Below the pieces are notes generated by a model that had not been told where the DNA came from, did not search any database, and saw nothing but the letters and a program-made list of their open reading frames with translations. A program made the position numbers and the translations under genes. DNA of 64,000 bases from Sedimentisphaerales bacterium (GTDB taxonomy: Bacteria > Planctomycetota > Phycisphaerae > Sedimentisphaerales > SM23-30), in NCBI GenBank assembly GCA_963663965.2, contig CAXXFK010000033.1, positions 32,001-96,000 of the forward strand, read 5' to 3'. The first letter of the stretch is position 1. Every line of letters starts with the position of its first letter. Below are positions 44,601 to 55,302 of this stretch, piece after piece.

Positions 44601-46633
44601 TGAATTATCTGTGATATCTGCCCACCATTGAGCCGGGATTTCATAGGAATTGGACTGGTTGTTTCCGCGTCGAATTGTGCCCATGCCCAGATCATAGGTT
44701 GCTTCAGAGTTGGATACTGCCAGCGGAAATGACGCTTTCAGCAGGGTTCCTTGTGTCTGCCAATCCACCAGATTTTCGACAGAAATAATGTCTGATGCTC
44801 CTCCTGCGGACAGTGAAATCCTTTGTATGAAGGTTGAGGTCGTTTCGTTGACGAACGTTCTACGAACCTCAATGGTAATTCGGGCTGGCCCGGATTCGAC
44901 TACTTTAATATCGGCCGGTGCGGAAACATAGCTATAGGGTGGGTTTTGAACGTCATTATATAAAACTTCCCAGGCCGGCCAGGAAGGAGAGTAGTCGTTC
45001 AGTAGTTCTAATCTCAAGGGTTGAGCCAGGAGTTCGTGAGCGTTCAGCAGGTCATAAATAGATTCAATATCGCCATTATCATCAATAGTAACGGTATAGC
45101 GACCATTCGAGAATGTGTTGCCGGTAATAGATAAGCCGGTATCGATGGTACAGGGAGTTTCACTTTCCCGGATATCAAAAACACTGACACCCACTGATGG
45201 TACGGCAGCCAGGAATAGAATGGTCATGTGATCTTGTCCCTTGGATATTACTTGGGAAGGAACTTCTATGCCGTTGCCATCATAAACGCGAACAACTGCG
45301 GGTAACCCAGACGGAAAATAAATAGTTGCTTTAACAATATCTTCTCGAGGCATATCCAGTGGATTGTATACGACGACTGGTTGACCAGTTACCTGGGTAT
45401 CTAACAGCTGACAAACACCCCCTACAGCGTTTTGGGTAATTGAAGCGAATTGGTTGAGTGAAAGCAGTTCATCATTCCAGGAAAATTCATAGGCTGCGGG
45501 GGATACTGGTCCCGGTAATATCATCGTGGAACGTATGCCATAAAAACCGAATCCAGGCTTCATTAAGTGTTTTTTGAGGATAGCTTGCGGTACCCAGCCA
45601 GTTTGCCATAACGGAAGCGCGTTCGGCGGTGTCTGCCAGTTGTTCATTCTGCCGGTTCCAGCGTTTCATCGCAGCCTGCGAGGTATAACAGCCGGTTCCA
45701 TGAACTTTCATCAGTAGCTCACCGTCATATAAAGGTAAACCCGTTTTCTGGGTTGGCGTTAAGTCGTTATAAAGTTGGTCGGATGCAGCGCTGATCACAG
45801 TTATTGGTCCGGTTCCGGCAATACTTTGTTCCAGCCAGTCACATGAGCTGCTGGAAGGCGCCCCGCCCGTGTCTCCTGTTCCAAAATATTTATACCCGGC
45901 GTAAACGCCGTAATTATCGCCCAGACTGTTAATTGTGTTCAACCATCCGCCATCATTGCTGAGGTCGCTATCGATATTGCTGGTATAGGCGCCGGGATTG
46001 AGTGCGGCAATGACTGTTGAACCGTCAGGGCCACGCCACTGACCAATATTAAATGGGGTAGGTATGGCTCCGCCCCAGGATAACTTTTGTGAGGAAAAAC
46101 CGTTCAGGCCGCTGTGAGTCATCCAGGTGGGCATGGTATAAGAAAAACCAAAACAGTCTGGCAGGAAAATGTCAGTGCTGCGTTTGCCGAACTCATCTTC
46201 AAAAATAATTATTACCAATTAAGGCTTGGCGGATTAACGATTCTGGCGAAGGAATATTCATATCTCCGTTTTCCAGGGTGCTTCCAGCCACAGCCCAGCG
46301 CCCCTGGTTAATATAATCTTTCAGGGTCTCATAACGAGCCGGGTAATATTCCTTCATTAACATATAGCGGAAAGAACCCTCAAAACTGAAAACGTAATCT
46401 GGATAGTTGGCAAATCGATCAAAATTATCATCGAGCGTTTTTTTGATGTAATTATCAATTGTCGTCTGGATAGTCCAGCGCCATTGAGTATCCAGATGAG
46501 CAGTACCTACTGTATATAATACCTTATCCTGCGACAGATCGTATCCATATAATGGATATAGCATGCCAGTTAGAGTCAAAAAAAACACTGTATATCGATA
46601 CCTGATGTGCGATAAAACTTGCTTTTTGTTCAT
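41666..46633 (-). pseudogene. Multidomain GH38 alpha-mannosidase (with F5/8 type C, LamG and dockerin-like domains), broken by three +1 frameshifts
   Basis: AHLDTQWRW, LPDCFGF, FHDDITGTS and LNDCKYG motifs spread over 4-5 ORFs; about 1654 aa when rejoined. Confidence 0.85.
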
Positions 46634-47074
46634 TAGGGTATCCTCAATTGCTTAATGCTGTTTTGGTTATCATACAGGGCTTGTACGATAGTAGTTTTAT
46701 AAAAATTTAAGGGGTAGAAATTAATGATAAGTATTTTAACTTCATGGATAAAAAGGTATGTTTTATAGAGGTTGTTTATTTATTATAACAAATTCAGGCA
46801 GACATACCAATATCTAACTTTGTTAGATTACTGTTTTATTTCTTGGCAAAGGATTTGTGTTTATAACCCGAAGAGTGTGAAAATTTAACTCTTATCTGAT
46901 AGTTGTTAAAATGCTTATGAAAATCTTTACCAGGCTGGCAACATCAGGTCGTATTATTTGATTTTGTGGTTTATGAATGTTATCATGGCGCTCTTAACTG
47001 GGATTGCAAAAAAAAGGCAGGTATCGGATTAAGATACCAGCCTCAATATTAATTACTTTATATATAGTGTCAGA

Positions 47075-47701
47075 TTAATTCAAAAGTTCTTTGGCGATAT
47101 CTACTGCTGAAGCCGCATCTTGTGAATAGCCGTCTGCTCCGATTTTATTGGCGTAATCCTGAGTGACCGGGGCGCCGCCGATCATAATTTTGGCGGTGAC
47201 ACTATTTTCTTTGAAGGCCTGAACGGTTTTTTCCATCATGGGCATGGTGGTGGTTAGAAGTGCAGACAAGCCAACCAGTTGGGCCTTGTTCTCTTTTACG
47301 GCGGCGACGAATTTTTCGGGTGATACATCAACCCCCAAATCAATGACGTTGAACCCGGCCCCTTTGAGCATCATGGCAACCAGATTTTTGCCAATATCAT
47401 GTAAATCGCCTTTGACGGTTCCAATAACCACGCTGGCCAGGGGTTCGACCCCGGCTTCGATCAGTTTGGGTTCGAGAATTTCCATCGCCATTTTCATGGC
47501 GCGAGCGGCAATAAGGACTTCCGGGACATAAACCCGGTTGTTTTTAAACTCGACGCCGATCACATTCATCCCGGCAATCAATCCCTCTGAAAGGATGGTT
47601 TCGGGATGTATGCCTTCGGTTAACGCTTCGGCGGTAATGCTCTTGGCGATGACGTGGTTACCTTTGATAATAGCATCTTTTAATGCCTGTAAATCTGCCA
47701 T
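47075..47701 (-). CDS. Corrinoid (cobalamin-binding) protein, MtaC/MtbC-like
   Basis: YVPEVL, GTVKGDLHDIGKNLV, SALLTTTM and IGGAP motifs. Confidence 0.92.
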   Translation of the reverse strand: MADLQALKDAIIKGNHVIAKSITAEALTEGIHPETILSEGLIAGMNVIGVEFKNNRVYVPEVLIAARAMKMAMEILEPKLIEAGVEPLASVVIGTVKGDLHDIGKNLVAMMLKGAGFNVIDLGVDVSPEKFVAAVKENKAQLVGLSALLTTTMPMMEKTVQAFKENSVTAKIMIGGAPVTQDYANKIGADGYSQDAASAVDIAKELLN

Positions 47702-47966
47702 AATAATGTCCTCTTAACTGGCCGCAATACGACGCATGCTTCCTGTCAGATTCGGCCATTCATCTGATGAAGCAATTCGATTAGCCTGAATTGTAATAAT
47801 AATCGTACTTTAATATATCGTGTGTGATTCATATCACAATCTTTTTCCAGAAAAAAAACTTGCCCGATATCTTGATTTATGCCATAGTCGCCTGCGATAT
47901 TTGCTGTGAAGGCCAATTGATGTAAACTGATAATCAAAACAAAATTTTAAGAATTTACAGGTTTTA

Positions 47967-48800
47967 ATGATGTTAGATCATGTATTGACAGTAGCTTATG
48001 ATACAGCCCGGGATGCGGGCATGCACGCTTTAAACCATTTCGGAATGTCTCGTTCACGACTTAAGACTCAAGACCAGATTGTAACCAATGCCGATCTGGA
48101 ATGCCAGGAAATGATTATCAGACGCATTAAGGAGGATTTTCCTGACCATGGGATTGTCGGTGAAGAGGGGCCTGATGGCAGGTTGTTGCTGGAAAAACCG
48201 GGTGGTAATGAGGATATCTGGTGGGTGATCGATCCAATTGACGGTACCCGTAATTATGCTCATGGGGTATCGTTGTTTGCCTGTTCGGTAGGGGTGTTAA
48301 AAGATGGAATTCCCTGGGCCGGCGCCATTTATGATCCCTGCCTGGATAAAATGTACCTGGGGGCGATTGACCGGCAAGCTACGGTGAATGGCCAGCCGGT
48401 TCAGGTTTTGAATGAAACGCTGCACAGCAACAGCCAGATTGCTTTTTCGGGAAATCTACATCGAAAGCTGCCGCATTCGCTGGGCACGTTCATGGCCAAT
48501 CATGTCTATGTTAACCTGGGTTCAGCGGCGCTTCATTATGCCTTGGTGGCGACAGGGGCATTTGCGGCGGCGTTAAGCTGGAACGTAAAACTCTGGGATA
48601 TTGTCGCGGGGGCGGCGATCGTGCAGGCGGCCGGGGGCGTGGTGCTGCATCCTGATGGGAGTAAGATATTCCCGTTTAAATGTGAAAGGTATCAGGGTGA
48701 ACCGGTACCGGTTTTGTTTGCGCATGCGAGGGTGTTCGAGCAGATTAAAGCGATTATCGAACCGGATCTGAATTTGGAGAATGAACCGGGGAAATCCTGA
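47967..48800 (+). CDS. Inositol monophosphatase family protein
   Basis: GEE, WVIDPIDGTRNY, GSAA and WDIVAG motifs. Confidence 0.92.
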   Translation: MMLDHVLTVAYDTARDAGMHALNHFGMSRSRLKTQDQIVTNADLECQEMIIRRIKEDFPDHGIVGEEGPDGRLLLEKPGGNEDIWWVIDPIDGTRNYAHGVSLFACSVGVLKDGIPWAGAIYDPCLDKMYLGAIDRQATVNGQPVQVLNETLHSNSQIAFSGNLHRKLPHSLGTFMANHVYVNLGSAALHYALVATGAFAAALSWNVKLWDIVAGAAIVQAAGGVVLHPDGSKIFPFKCERYQGEPVPVLFAHARVFEQIKAIIEPDLNLENEPGKS

Positions 48801-49215
48801 AAATCGTTTCGAAAAAAGTGGGTTTTTAATACTGAAAACTAATTTTTTTTAAAAATTTATTTCCGGTTTCCATTAAGGACCGAATTTCGAATTAACCACC
48901 GAACTCAAGCGATGATATTGGGTTATATCCGGCAAAATAATTATCTCACAACTGACTTTCAGGCCCGATAATACTATTTTATCAGATAACCGGTTTCGGA
49001 CCTTAAAAAACCTTGTCACGAACTTTAAAATGGGGTTATACTTCTTTTGGCCTGATTACAATCTGGGCAGTTTTTAACGATTATAGCGAAAAAATCAAAC
49101 AACTACTGACGGGTAACCGTTGGTCATCGTAACACCGTAAACGATTATCGGTCCACGCAGGCAACCGGTCTGATGGTCTCTTTACAGGTTCTTTGACACG
49201 AGAGTAAAACAGGAA

Positions 49216-49776
49216 GTGCTTATGGGTTTCCCCAACGCCGAATTATCAATTAATGAATTATCCTTCACGCTGTTTCAGCGTTCGTTGCATCCGGAACTGT
49301 TTAAGATCTATCGCAGTCAGCAGTTTTTTCAGGGTGATTACGAAGTCAATATCTGGATCACCGGGTGCAGTCATGTGCTGAGCGTGTATCATGGAGGCGG
49401 ATGTCTGACCGAACTAATCAGTATGCCGGATCAGATGCTGCCGGCTCGGGGTCTGATTGAACGGTTCGCGTTTCGGGGCGAGAAGAATTTCAGCTGCAAA
49501 TGGGCGGATAATTTTGTTTATATGATGAATTTCCAGGTCGAGACGATGAGTGAGAATCTCTATCGGCATGCCCATAAGGAACTGGTGAAAATTACCCGTC
49601 AGCGCGGGATTTATGTGCCTTATCCACAGTGGACGGGAGATGGCAACTTTATTCCGTTCAGTTATATCGATTATGAAGCGCGCTGGGAGGAGTTGCATAT
49701 TCAGACATTCCATGCGTTTCCGGATAAACTGACGATTATCAAAACCCAATCGCTGTTCGATATGAAACGGCGTTAA
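49216..49776 (+). CDS. DUF2617-family protein
   Basis: RSLHPELF...ITGCSHV...TFHAFP...KTQSLF. Confidence 0.75.
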   Translation: MLMGFPNAELSINELSFTLFQRSLHPELFKIYRSQQFFQGDYEVNIWITGCSHVLSVYHGGGCLTELISMPDQMLPARGLIERFAFRGEKNFSCKWADNFVYMMNFQVETMSENLYRHAHKELVKITRQRGIYVPYPQWTGDGNFIPFSYIDYEARWEELHIQTFHAFPDKLTIIKTQSLFDMKRR

Positions 49777-49800
49777 ACGACATACCCCCCGAACTGGCCC

Positions 49801-49836
49801 GGGCCGCTGGCAACTGAACCCAGCGGCCCATTTTTT
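49801..49836 (+). terminator. Intrinsic terminator
   Basis: GGGCCGCTGG-loop-CCAGCGGCCC-ATTTTTTT. Confidence 0.75.
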
Positions 49837-50349
49837 TGGGGGGTAAGGATAACCGGGCGAGGATGGCGCCTGTCGATGCGAGGGGGCAGGTGAAGGCGGG
49901 TTGTTAAGCCGGCAGTAAACATGGTGTGGTAATGTCTTATTTATCAATAGGATGTGTGGGGTATTTTTCTGATTTGGCTTTGTTTGGCCTGGGAATGGTG
50001 TGAATGATACAAGGGGATTTGGCCGTGTTGTGGATGGAAGGGGGAATGGCGGTTGGGTTTGTTTTGATGGGTAAGTTGGGGGCCGGCAGTTGTGTGGGTG
50101 ACATATCCTGGAGGGGAGCGGAGACGAGGGGAATGGTTATTGGGTTTGTCTGGAACGGTTTGGTATATATGAGGTTACGGGTGATTTTGGCGTTATTGGG
50201 TTTGTTTGGATTGGGAGGGAATGGGATGAATGGGCGGCCCAGATTATGATGGGTTGTTAAATGGAGTTGTATACGTTGAATCGGGAGCGCCGATGAATGT
50301 GCGAAGGGAGTCCCGATGGATATCGGGATAAATTCCGGAATGGCCGGAG

Positions 50350-51500
50350 AGATGAGAAAAAATATAATGGCCGGGTTGAGCGCAGATGGATACAGACAAA
50401 AAAGATTTAAGTTATTGAAATAAAATAATTTATGAACACTGAATACACAGGGCGATCAAGCCGCAACTAAAGAAGAAATAGTTCACACAAAGCCGCGAAG
50501 CCACGAAGATAAACAGCCATTTAGACAGGATCACAGGATCGACAGGATAAAAAGTTCAGGAGCATTAATATATCCTATAAGATGTTGTAATTCATTCGCT
50601 TATAAAACATAAGAATAAAAAGCTCACAAAGAAAACAAAGAGTTGAAGGATTGTAGTACGGAAAAAAAGCAGGTGGCTGCGCCACGATTTAAATGGGTTA
50701 TTACCACAGAGGACAGGAGGGCACAGAGGATGAGGAGCAGGGAAGAATAAAAGATTTTTCGACAGGATCACAGGATCGACAGGATTTAATAAAAGAGGGT
50801 TGGGAAAATATAATGGCAGGGTTAACGGCAGATGGACTTAGGGCGGTCAAGCCGCAACGCCAAAAATAGCTCACACCAAGCCCCAGAAAAACAGCCGGTT
50901 TAACGCAAAGACGCTAAGGTGCAAAGGGTGGGCAACGGCTGGGAGAGTCAATAGTTGACGGAAGGCGCAAAGTGATATAAGTTTTTGTTTTAAAAGATCA
51001 TTTATTCTCCAACACAAAAAACTTCGCTAAAATAACAAAGAATTGAAGGATTGTAGTACGGAAGAAAAGCAGGTGGCTGCGCCACGATTTAAATGGGTTA
51101 TTACCACAGAGGTCAGGAGGGCACAGAGGATGAGGAGCAGGGAAGAATAAAAGATTTTTCGACAGGATCACAGGATTTACAGGATATAATGGGAATTCAT
51201 ATAAAATATAACGGCCGGTTTATCCACAGATGGACGCAGATGGACACAGAGAGAAAAGAAGGTAAGTTATTTAAATAAAAGAAGATATGACCACGGAATA
51301 CACGGAACTCACGGAAGAAATCAGGGTTAAGTTCAAGAAATATATCAAAAAGGTGAAAAAGAGTGGCTGGGACGCGGGGTTGAATTTTTTAAAGGCAGGG
51401 GTTTATCAAAGAGGATTGGAGGGCTGAGAGGGTAATGGCCGGGGGGGGGATGGGTATAGACGGGCACGGACTTTCACTGACTTGCACAGACTTGCACTGA
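50350..51500 (+). repeat. Modular triple-tandem repeat field including a duplication of about 152 bp (50634-50785 and 51034-51185)
   Basis: Same modules as 6158-6790 in the opposite orientation; TATAA(T/C)GGC and AACAGCC cores at 50363, 50511, 50809, 50890 and 51207. Confidence 0.85.
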
Positions 51501-51942
51501 CATTGTGTGGTGAGGAATTGTGGCTGGCGAATAAGAATAAGGTCTTGAGGTTTGGGGTAATTTGTCGCTACAGTGGCAGCCTTAACAATCGCTCGACCAC
51601 AGGTCGCCTAGATTGATTGTTGCAGATACTAATCAAAATGACACATTATCGGAAAATCCTATCAGTTCAACAAAATGTTAAAATCGTTGAATGGATCAGA
51701 ATACGAATCAAGATCACTTTAAAAGTGCATTTATCCATATCGGGAAAGGTTGAAATATAAATAATTTTACGGATTTTACTTTGATAGAGATGATAAAAAG
51801 GGTAAAATACATTTTATGTCTATTGGAAATAGATATAGTATTTTGGTTGAAATAAAAAATAGTCAGGATATTACCAGAACACAAATAATAGGGAATGCTC
51901 ACTATTTTTAAACTGTTAACGTAGTATAAAGAAGCAGAGTGT

Positions 51943-52073
51943 AAAAAAAGACGCGCCCTCTTTGCAGATTGCGCGTCAGGTATGTTCCGTAGAACAGGCC
52001 CCAACTTTTAAAGCGGAGCTACCTGCAACTTTTCTTTTATTATGAAAAGAAACAGGCCAAGATTATTTACACT
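51943..52073 (-). ncRNA. tracrRNA
   Basis: 52051-52073 matches 23 nt of the CRISPR repeat exactly, with further G:U pairing beyond; 3' GACGCGC/GCGCGTC hairpin plus U7. Confidence 0.88.
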
Positions 52074-52079
52074 GTAGAT

Positions 52080-52108
52080 AGTATGACACATACAGATTTA
52101 ATCGTCAA
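52080..52108 (-). promoter_or_regulatory. tracrRNA promoter
   Basis: Minus strand TTGACG-17 bp-CATACT, then 6 nt to the first base of the anti-repeat. Confidence 0.65.
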
Positions 52109-52128
52109 CATTTTTAAGGAGTATTTTT

Positions 52129-55100
52129 ATGTCCGATTATATCTTAGGATTGGATCTGGGACCTACCTCTGTTGGCTGGGCTGCAATTCTGATAGATAAA
52201 GATGGCAACCCAACCGGATTTGCACAGATAAAAAATGGACAGGAATCTATGCCAGCAATTGGTGTGCGAATATTCGAAGCTGGTGTCGAAAATCTGGGAC
52301 AAGGTAGTCAGGAGAAACCTAAAAACCTGGACCGACGAGTAAGTCGATCAACTCGAAGGCTTCTACGCCGCAAAAGAGGGCGTTATTTGCGGGTAAAAAA
52401 ACTTTTGCAGGAAAACAATATTATACCAACGCAAAAGGAAAGTATGGATCTTTTAAACCAAAAAGATCCTTATGAGCTTAGGGACAAGGCGATAACTAAA
52501 CAAATTGGATTGGATGAATTGGGGCGAATAATTTTACACATAACCCGGCGTCGCGGTTTTAAATCCAACCGAAAGACACCAGATAAAGATGCCTCAATGG
52601 GGGAAATTAAAAAGGGTATCAATAGACTCAAAGAAGATAGCAAAGAAAAAACATTGGGGCAATTCTGGTACGCGCAGATACAAGACAAACCCCTTGATCC
52701 AATAAGGAATCGTCAGGGCGGGTATCACTGGGTGGCTCATAGAGACCAATATATCGAGGAATTGCGGACTATCTATGAGAAGCAGAAAAACTATTATCCA
52801 ACCCAATTAACGGAAACCCTATATCAAAAATTAAATCAAACCATTTTTTTTCAGCAAACTTACGAGTTATCCAAGCGGAAGAAACGTAAAGTGATCGGGA
52901 TGTGTTCGTTGATTAAGGGGCAACGGCGTTGTTCCCTGGCGGACCGGAGAGCACAGGAATTTCGGCTCTTGCAAAAAATCAATGATTTAAAAATAATTAT
53001 CAATGGGAAAGAATATCCACTTAAAAAAGATCAGCATCAAATTTTGTATGCCTATCTAATGGAACACAAAGAGGCTAAATTTGATAAAATTCGTGATTTA
53101 CTTAACTTGCCGGATGATGTTCGTTTTAATTTACATTATAAAACAAATGATAAGATACTAGGAAATGTTATCGATTCATATTTTTGCGGAAAAAAAATAT
53201 TCGGCTGCAAACAGTGGAAAACTTTAGAGGAAAATGAAAAAGAAGATATCTGGCAATATTATATTAAAGAGTATTTAAGCGATCATAGCGACCTCAGTGC
53301 CGATGAACTTAAATCATATTATGAGAAGAAGTATGGATTAACTGTTAAAGAGGCAAAGGCGTTCGATTCATTTATGCTGCCAATGGGAAATGTCAGCTAT
53401 AGCGCCAAAGTTCTCGATATCATCCTGCCGGATATGCGCAAGGGGATGGGCTTGTATGATGCCATTCAGGGCAAATTTAAGAAAAAATGGCGGTGTTTAA
53501 AAGAATTACCTCTTCCAATTAAAGCCAACGATTTTCATAGCACTAATCCGATTGTTGTATCCACGTTGCATCAAGTCAGGAAAGTTGTCAATGGGCTTAT
53601 ACGGGAGTTAGGCAAACCTCGAGAGATCGTCTTAGAAATGACACGTGATTTGAAAGCGAATGCAGAACGCAGAGCAGAAATTCAGAAGGATCAAAAGCAC
53701 AATCAAGATGAACGAAAAAGCTGTGAAAAGCAAATCAGGATAGAATTCGGATATGATGAAACTGTAGCAATATCGACACGCGATATTACAAAATACAGAT
53801 TATGGGAAAGCCAAAAGCATTTATGCGCTTACTCTCTTAAGCGCATAGAGCTAAGCGAATTATTTACTCGAAATATCGAGATTGATCATATTATTCCGGA
53901 ATCTATGAGTCTGGATAATACGATGTGGAACAAAGTAGTTTGTTTTGCCAAGGAGAATCAGGATAAGGGGCAAAGAACCCCAATAGACTGGCTGGGAGAG
54001 CAATCGGAGCGATTTCAAACACTCATGGTTGCAATCAAAAAAGGATCGTTGGGTAACGATACTCGAAAATGGGAAAGGTATTCAATTCGGGCAAAAGACA
54101 TCACGGATAAATACACACCAGAAAGGCTGCTACGAGATACCAGTTTTATAGCGACACTTGTTCGTGATTATCTAAAACGTCTGTACCCCCATCATACAGC
54201 AGATCAATGTGTTCGGACTACTAAAGGCGGCGTAACGGCAGAATTGAGGAATGTATGGGATATTAACCCTATCTTGGCAGATGGAGCAATAGATAAAAAG
54301 AACCGTGACGATTTGCGTCATCATGCTGTGGATGCGGCCGTTATCGCAGTTACGTCAGTTGGAATGATTCAGAAAGTGACCCGTGCGTGGCAACAGATAT
54401 GGCCCAGGCGCCCTTATGCAAGCGGAAATATTCCATTTCCGTGGCCCAGTTATGTTGACGATTTGCTGAAGGTCGTTGCAGGGATTAATGTGTCGCACCG
54501 GGTACAACGAAAAGTAAGCGGCGCTTTACACAAGGACAATATATACCATCTGGAAACTAATGGACCCAATGCCGGCAAATATACAAAGCGACAACCGTTA
54601 AACAAAATTACTAGAAAAAATGCGGAAAGTATTTGCGACCGGAGCTTACGCGAATTTATTATAAAGCATTTAGAAGATCATGGAAACGACACAATCAGGG
54701 CATTTGCGGAGCCGTTATTATGGCATTGCAAAGATGGTCGTGAAGTCATGATCAAATCAGTAAGATGTAATACTGATTATAAATCTTTATTGAAAATCAA
54801 AGAAAATGCCTATGTTCAATCGGACAAAAACCACCATATAGAAATTTTCAGAGGGAAGGTCAAGGGTAAAGTCGAATATTTTCATAAAGTCTATTCCATC
54901 TGGGAGGTGAGTCAGCAATTGTTAAAGATGAGAGGAAAAAGATCACAAGGAGAAACGGGACGGGCTATCATAACAAGACAAAAGCCTTGCCCTGATAATC
55001 TCGAGGTATCTGATATGGAGTTCGTAATGTCGCTGGCCAAAGGTGAGTCGATTTTAATTGACGATAAGAAAGTAGAAAACCAGCAGATATTAGCCAGAGT

Positions 55101-55302
55101 CAGAGATTTTAATTCGGGAGGTGATAGTCTTAGTTCTGTTGAGCTTAATATTGTTGGGCATACTTTAGCCAGAGTTGAAGGAAAGATTGTCAAGGATACC
55201 GCGAATGCCTATCGGTTGCGTAATATCAATGAATTAGCCAAGTTGCATGTGAGAAAAGTTTCGGTGGATCCTTTGGGGCGGATACGGTGGGCCAATGATT
55301 AA
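52129..55302 (+). CDS. cas9: Type II-C Cas9 (1057 aa)
   Basis: RuvC-I LGLDLG; Arg-rich bridge helix; RRGFKSNRK; RuvC-II VLEMTRD; HNH EIDHIIP...NKV...ENQDKG; RuvC-III HHAVDA. Confidence 0.97.
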   Translation: MSDYILGLDLGPTSVGWAAILIDKDGNPTGFAQIKNGQESMPAIGVRIFEAGVENLGQGSQEKPKNLDRRVSRSTRRLLRRKRGRYLRVKKLLQENNIIPTQKESMDLLNQKDPYELRDKAITKQIGLDELGRIILHITRRRGFKSNRKTPDKDASMGEIKKGINRLKEDSKEKTLGQFWYAQIQDKPLDPIRNRQGGYHWVAHRDQYIEELRTIYEKQKNYYPTQLTETLYQKLNQTIFFQQTYELSKRKKRKVIGMCSLIKGQRRCSLADRRAQEFRLLQKINDLKIIINGKEYPLKKDQHQILYAYLMEHKEAKFDKIRDLLNLPDDVRFNLHYKTNDKILGNVIDSYFCGKKIFGCKQWKTLEENEKEDIWQYYIKEYLSDHSDLSADELKSYYEKKYGLTVKEAKAFDSFMLPMGNVSYSAKVLDIILPDMRKGMGLYDAIQGKFKKKWRCLKELPLPIKANDFHSTNPIVVSTLHQVRKVVNGLIRELGKPREIVLEMTRDLKANAERRAEIQKDQKHNQDERKSCEKQIRIEFGYDETVAISTRDITKYRLWESQKHLCAYSLKRIELSELFTRNIEIDHIIPESMSLDNTMWNKVVCFAKENQDKGQRTPIDWLGEQSERFQTLMVAIKKGSLGNDTRKWERYSIRAKDITDKYTPERLLRDTSFIATLVRDYLKRLYPHHTADQCVRTTKGGVTAELRNVWDINPILADGAIDKKNRDDLRHHAVDAAVIAVTSVGMIQKVTRAWQQIWPRRPYASGNIPFPWPSYVDDLLKVVAGINVSHRVQRKVSGALHKDNIYHLETNGPNAGKYTKRQPLNKITRKNAESICDRSLREFIIKHLEDHGNDTIRAFAEPLLWHCKDGREVMIKSVRCNTDYKSLLKIKENAYVQSDKNHHIEIFRGKVKGKVEYFHKVYSIWEVSQQLLKMRGKRSQGETGRAIITRQKPCPDNLEVSDMEFVMSLAKGESILIDDKKVENQQILARVRDFNSGGDSLSSVELNIVGHTLARVEGKIVKDTANAYRLRNINELAKLHVRKVSVDPLGRIRWAND

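Noticed and set aside
51220..51228. Perfect DnaA box TTATCCACA
   Set aside because: A single copy embedded in a repeat module; no cluster of boxes and no dnaA nearby.
51630..51915. AT-rich stretch upstream of the tracrRNA as a gene
   Set aside because: Only short stop-interrupted frames; possibly a remnant, but no family is recognisable.
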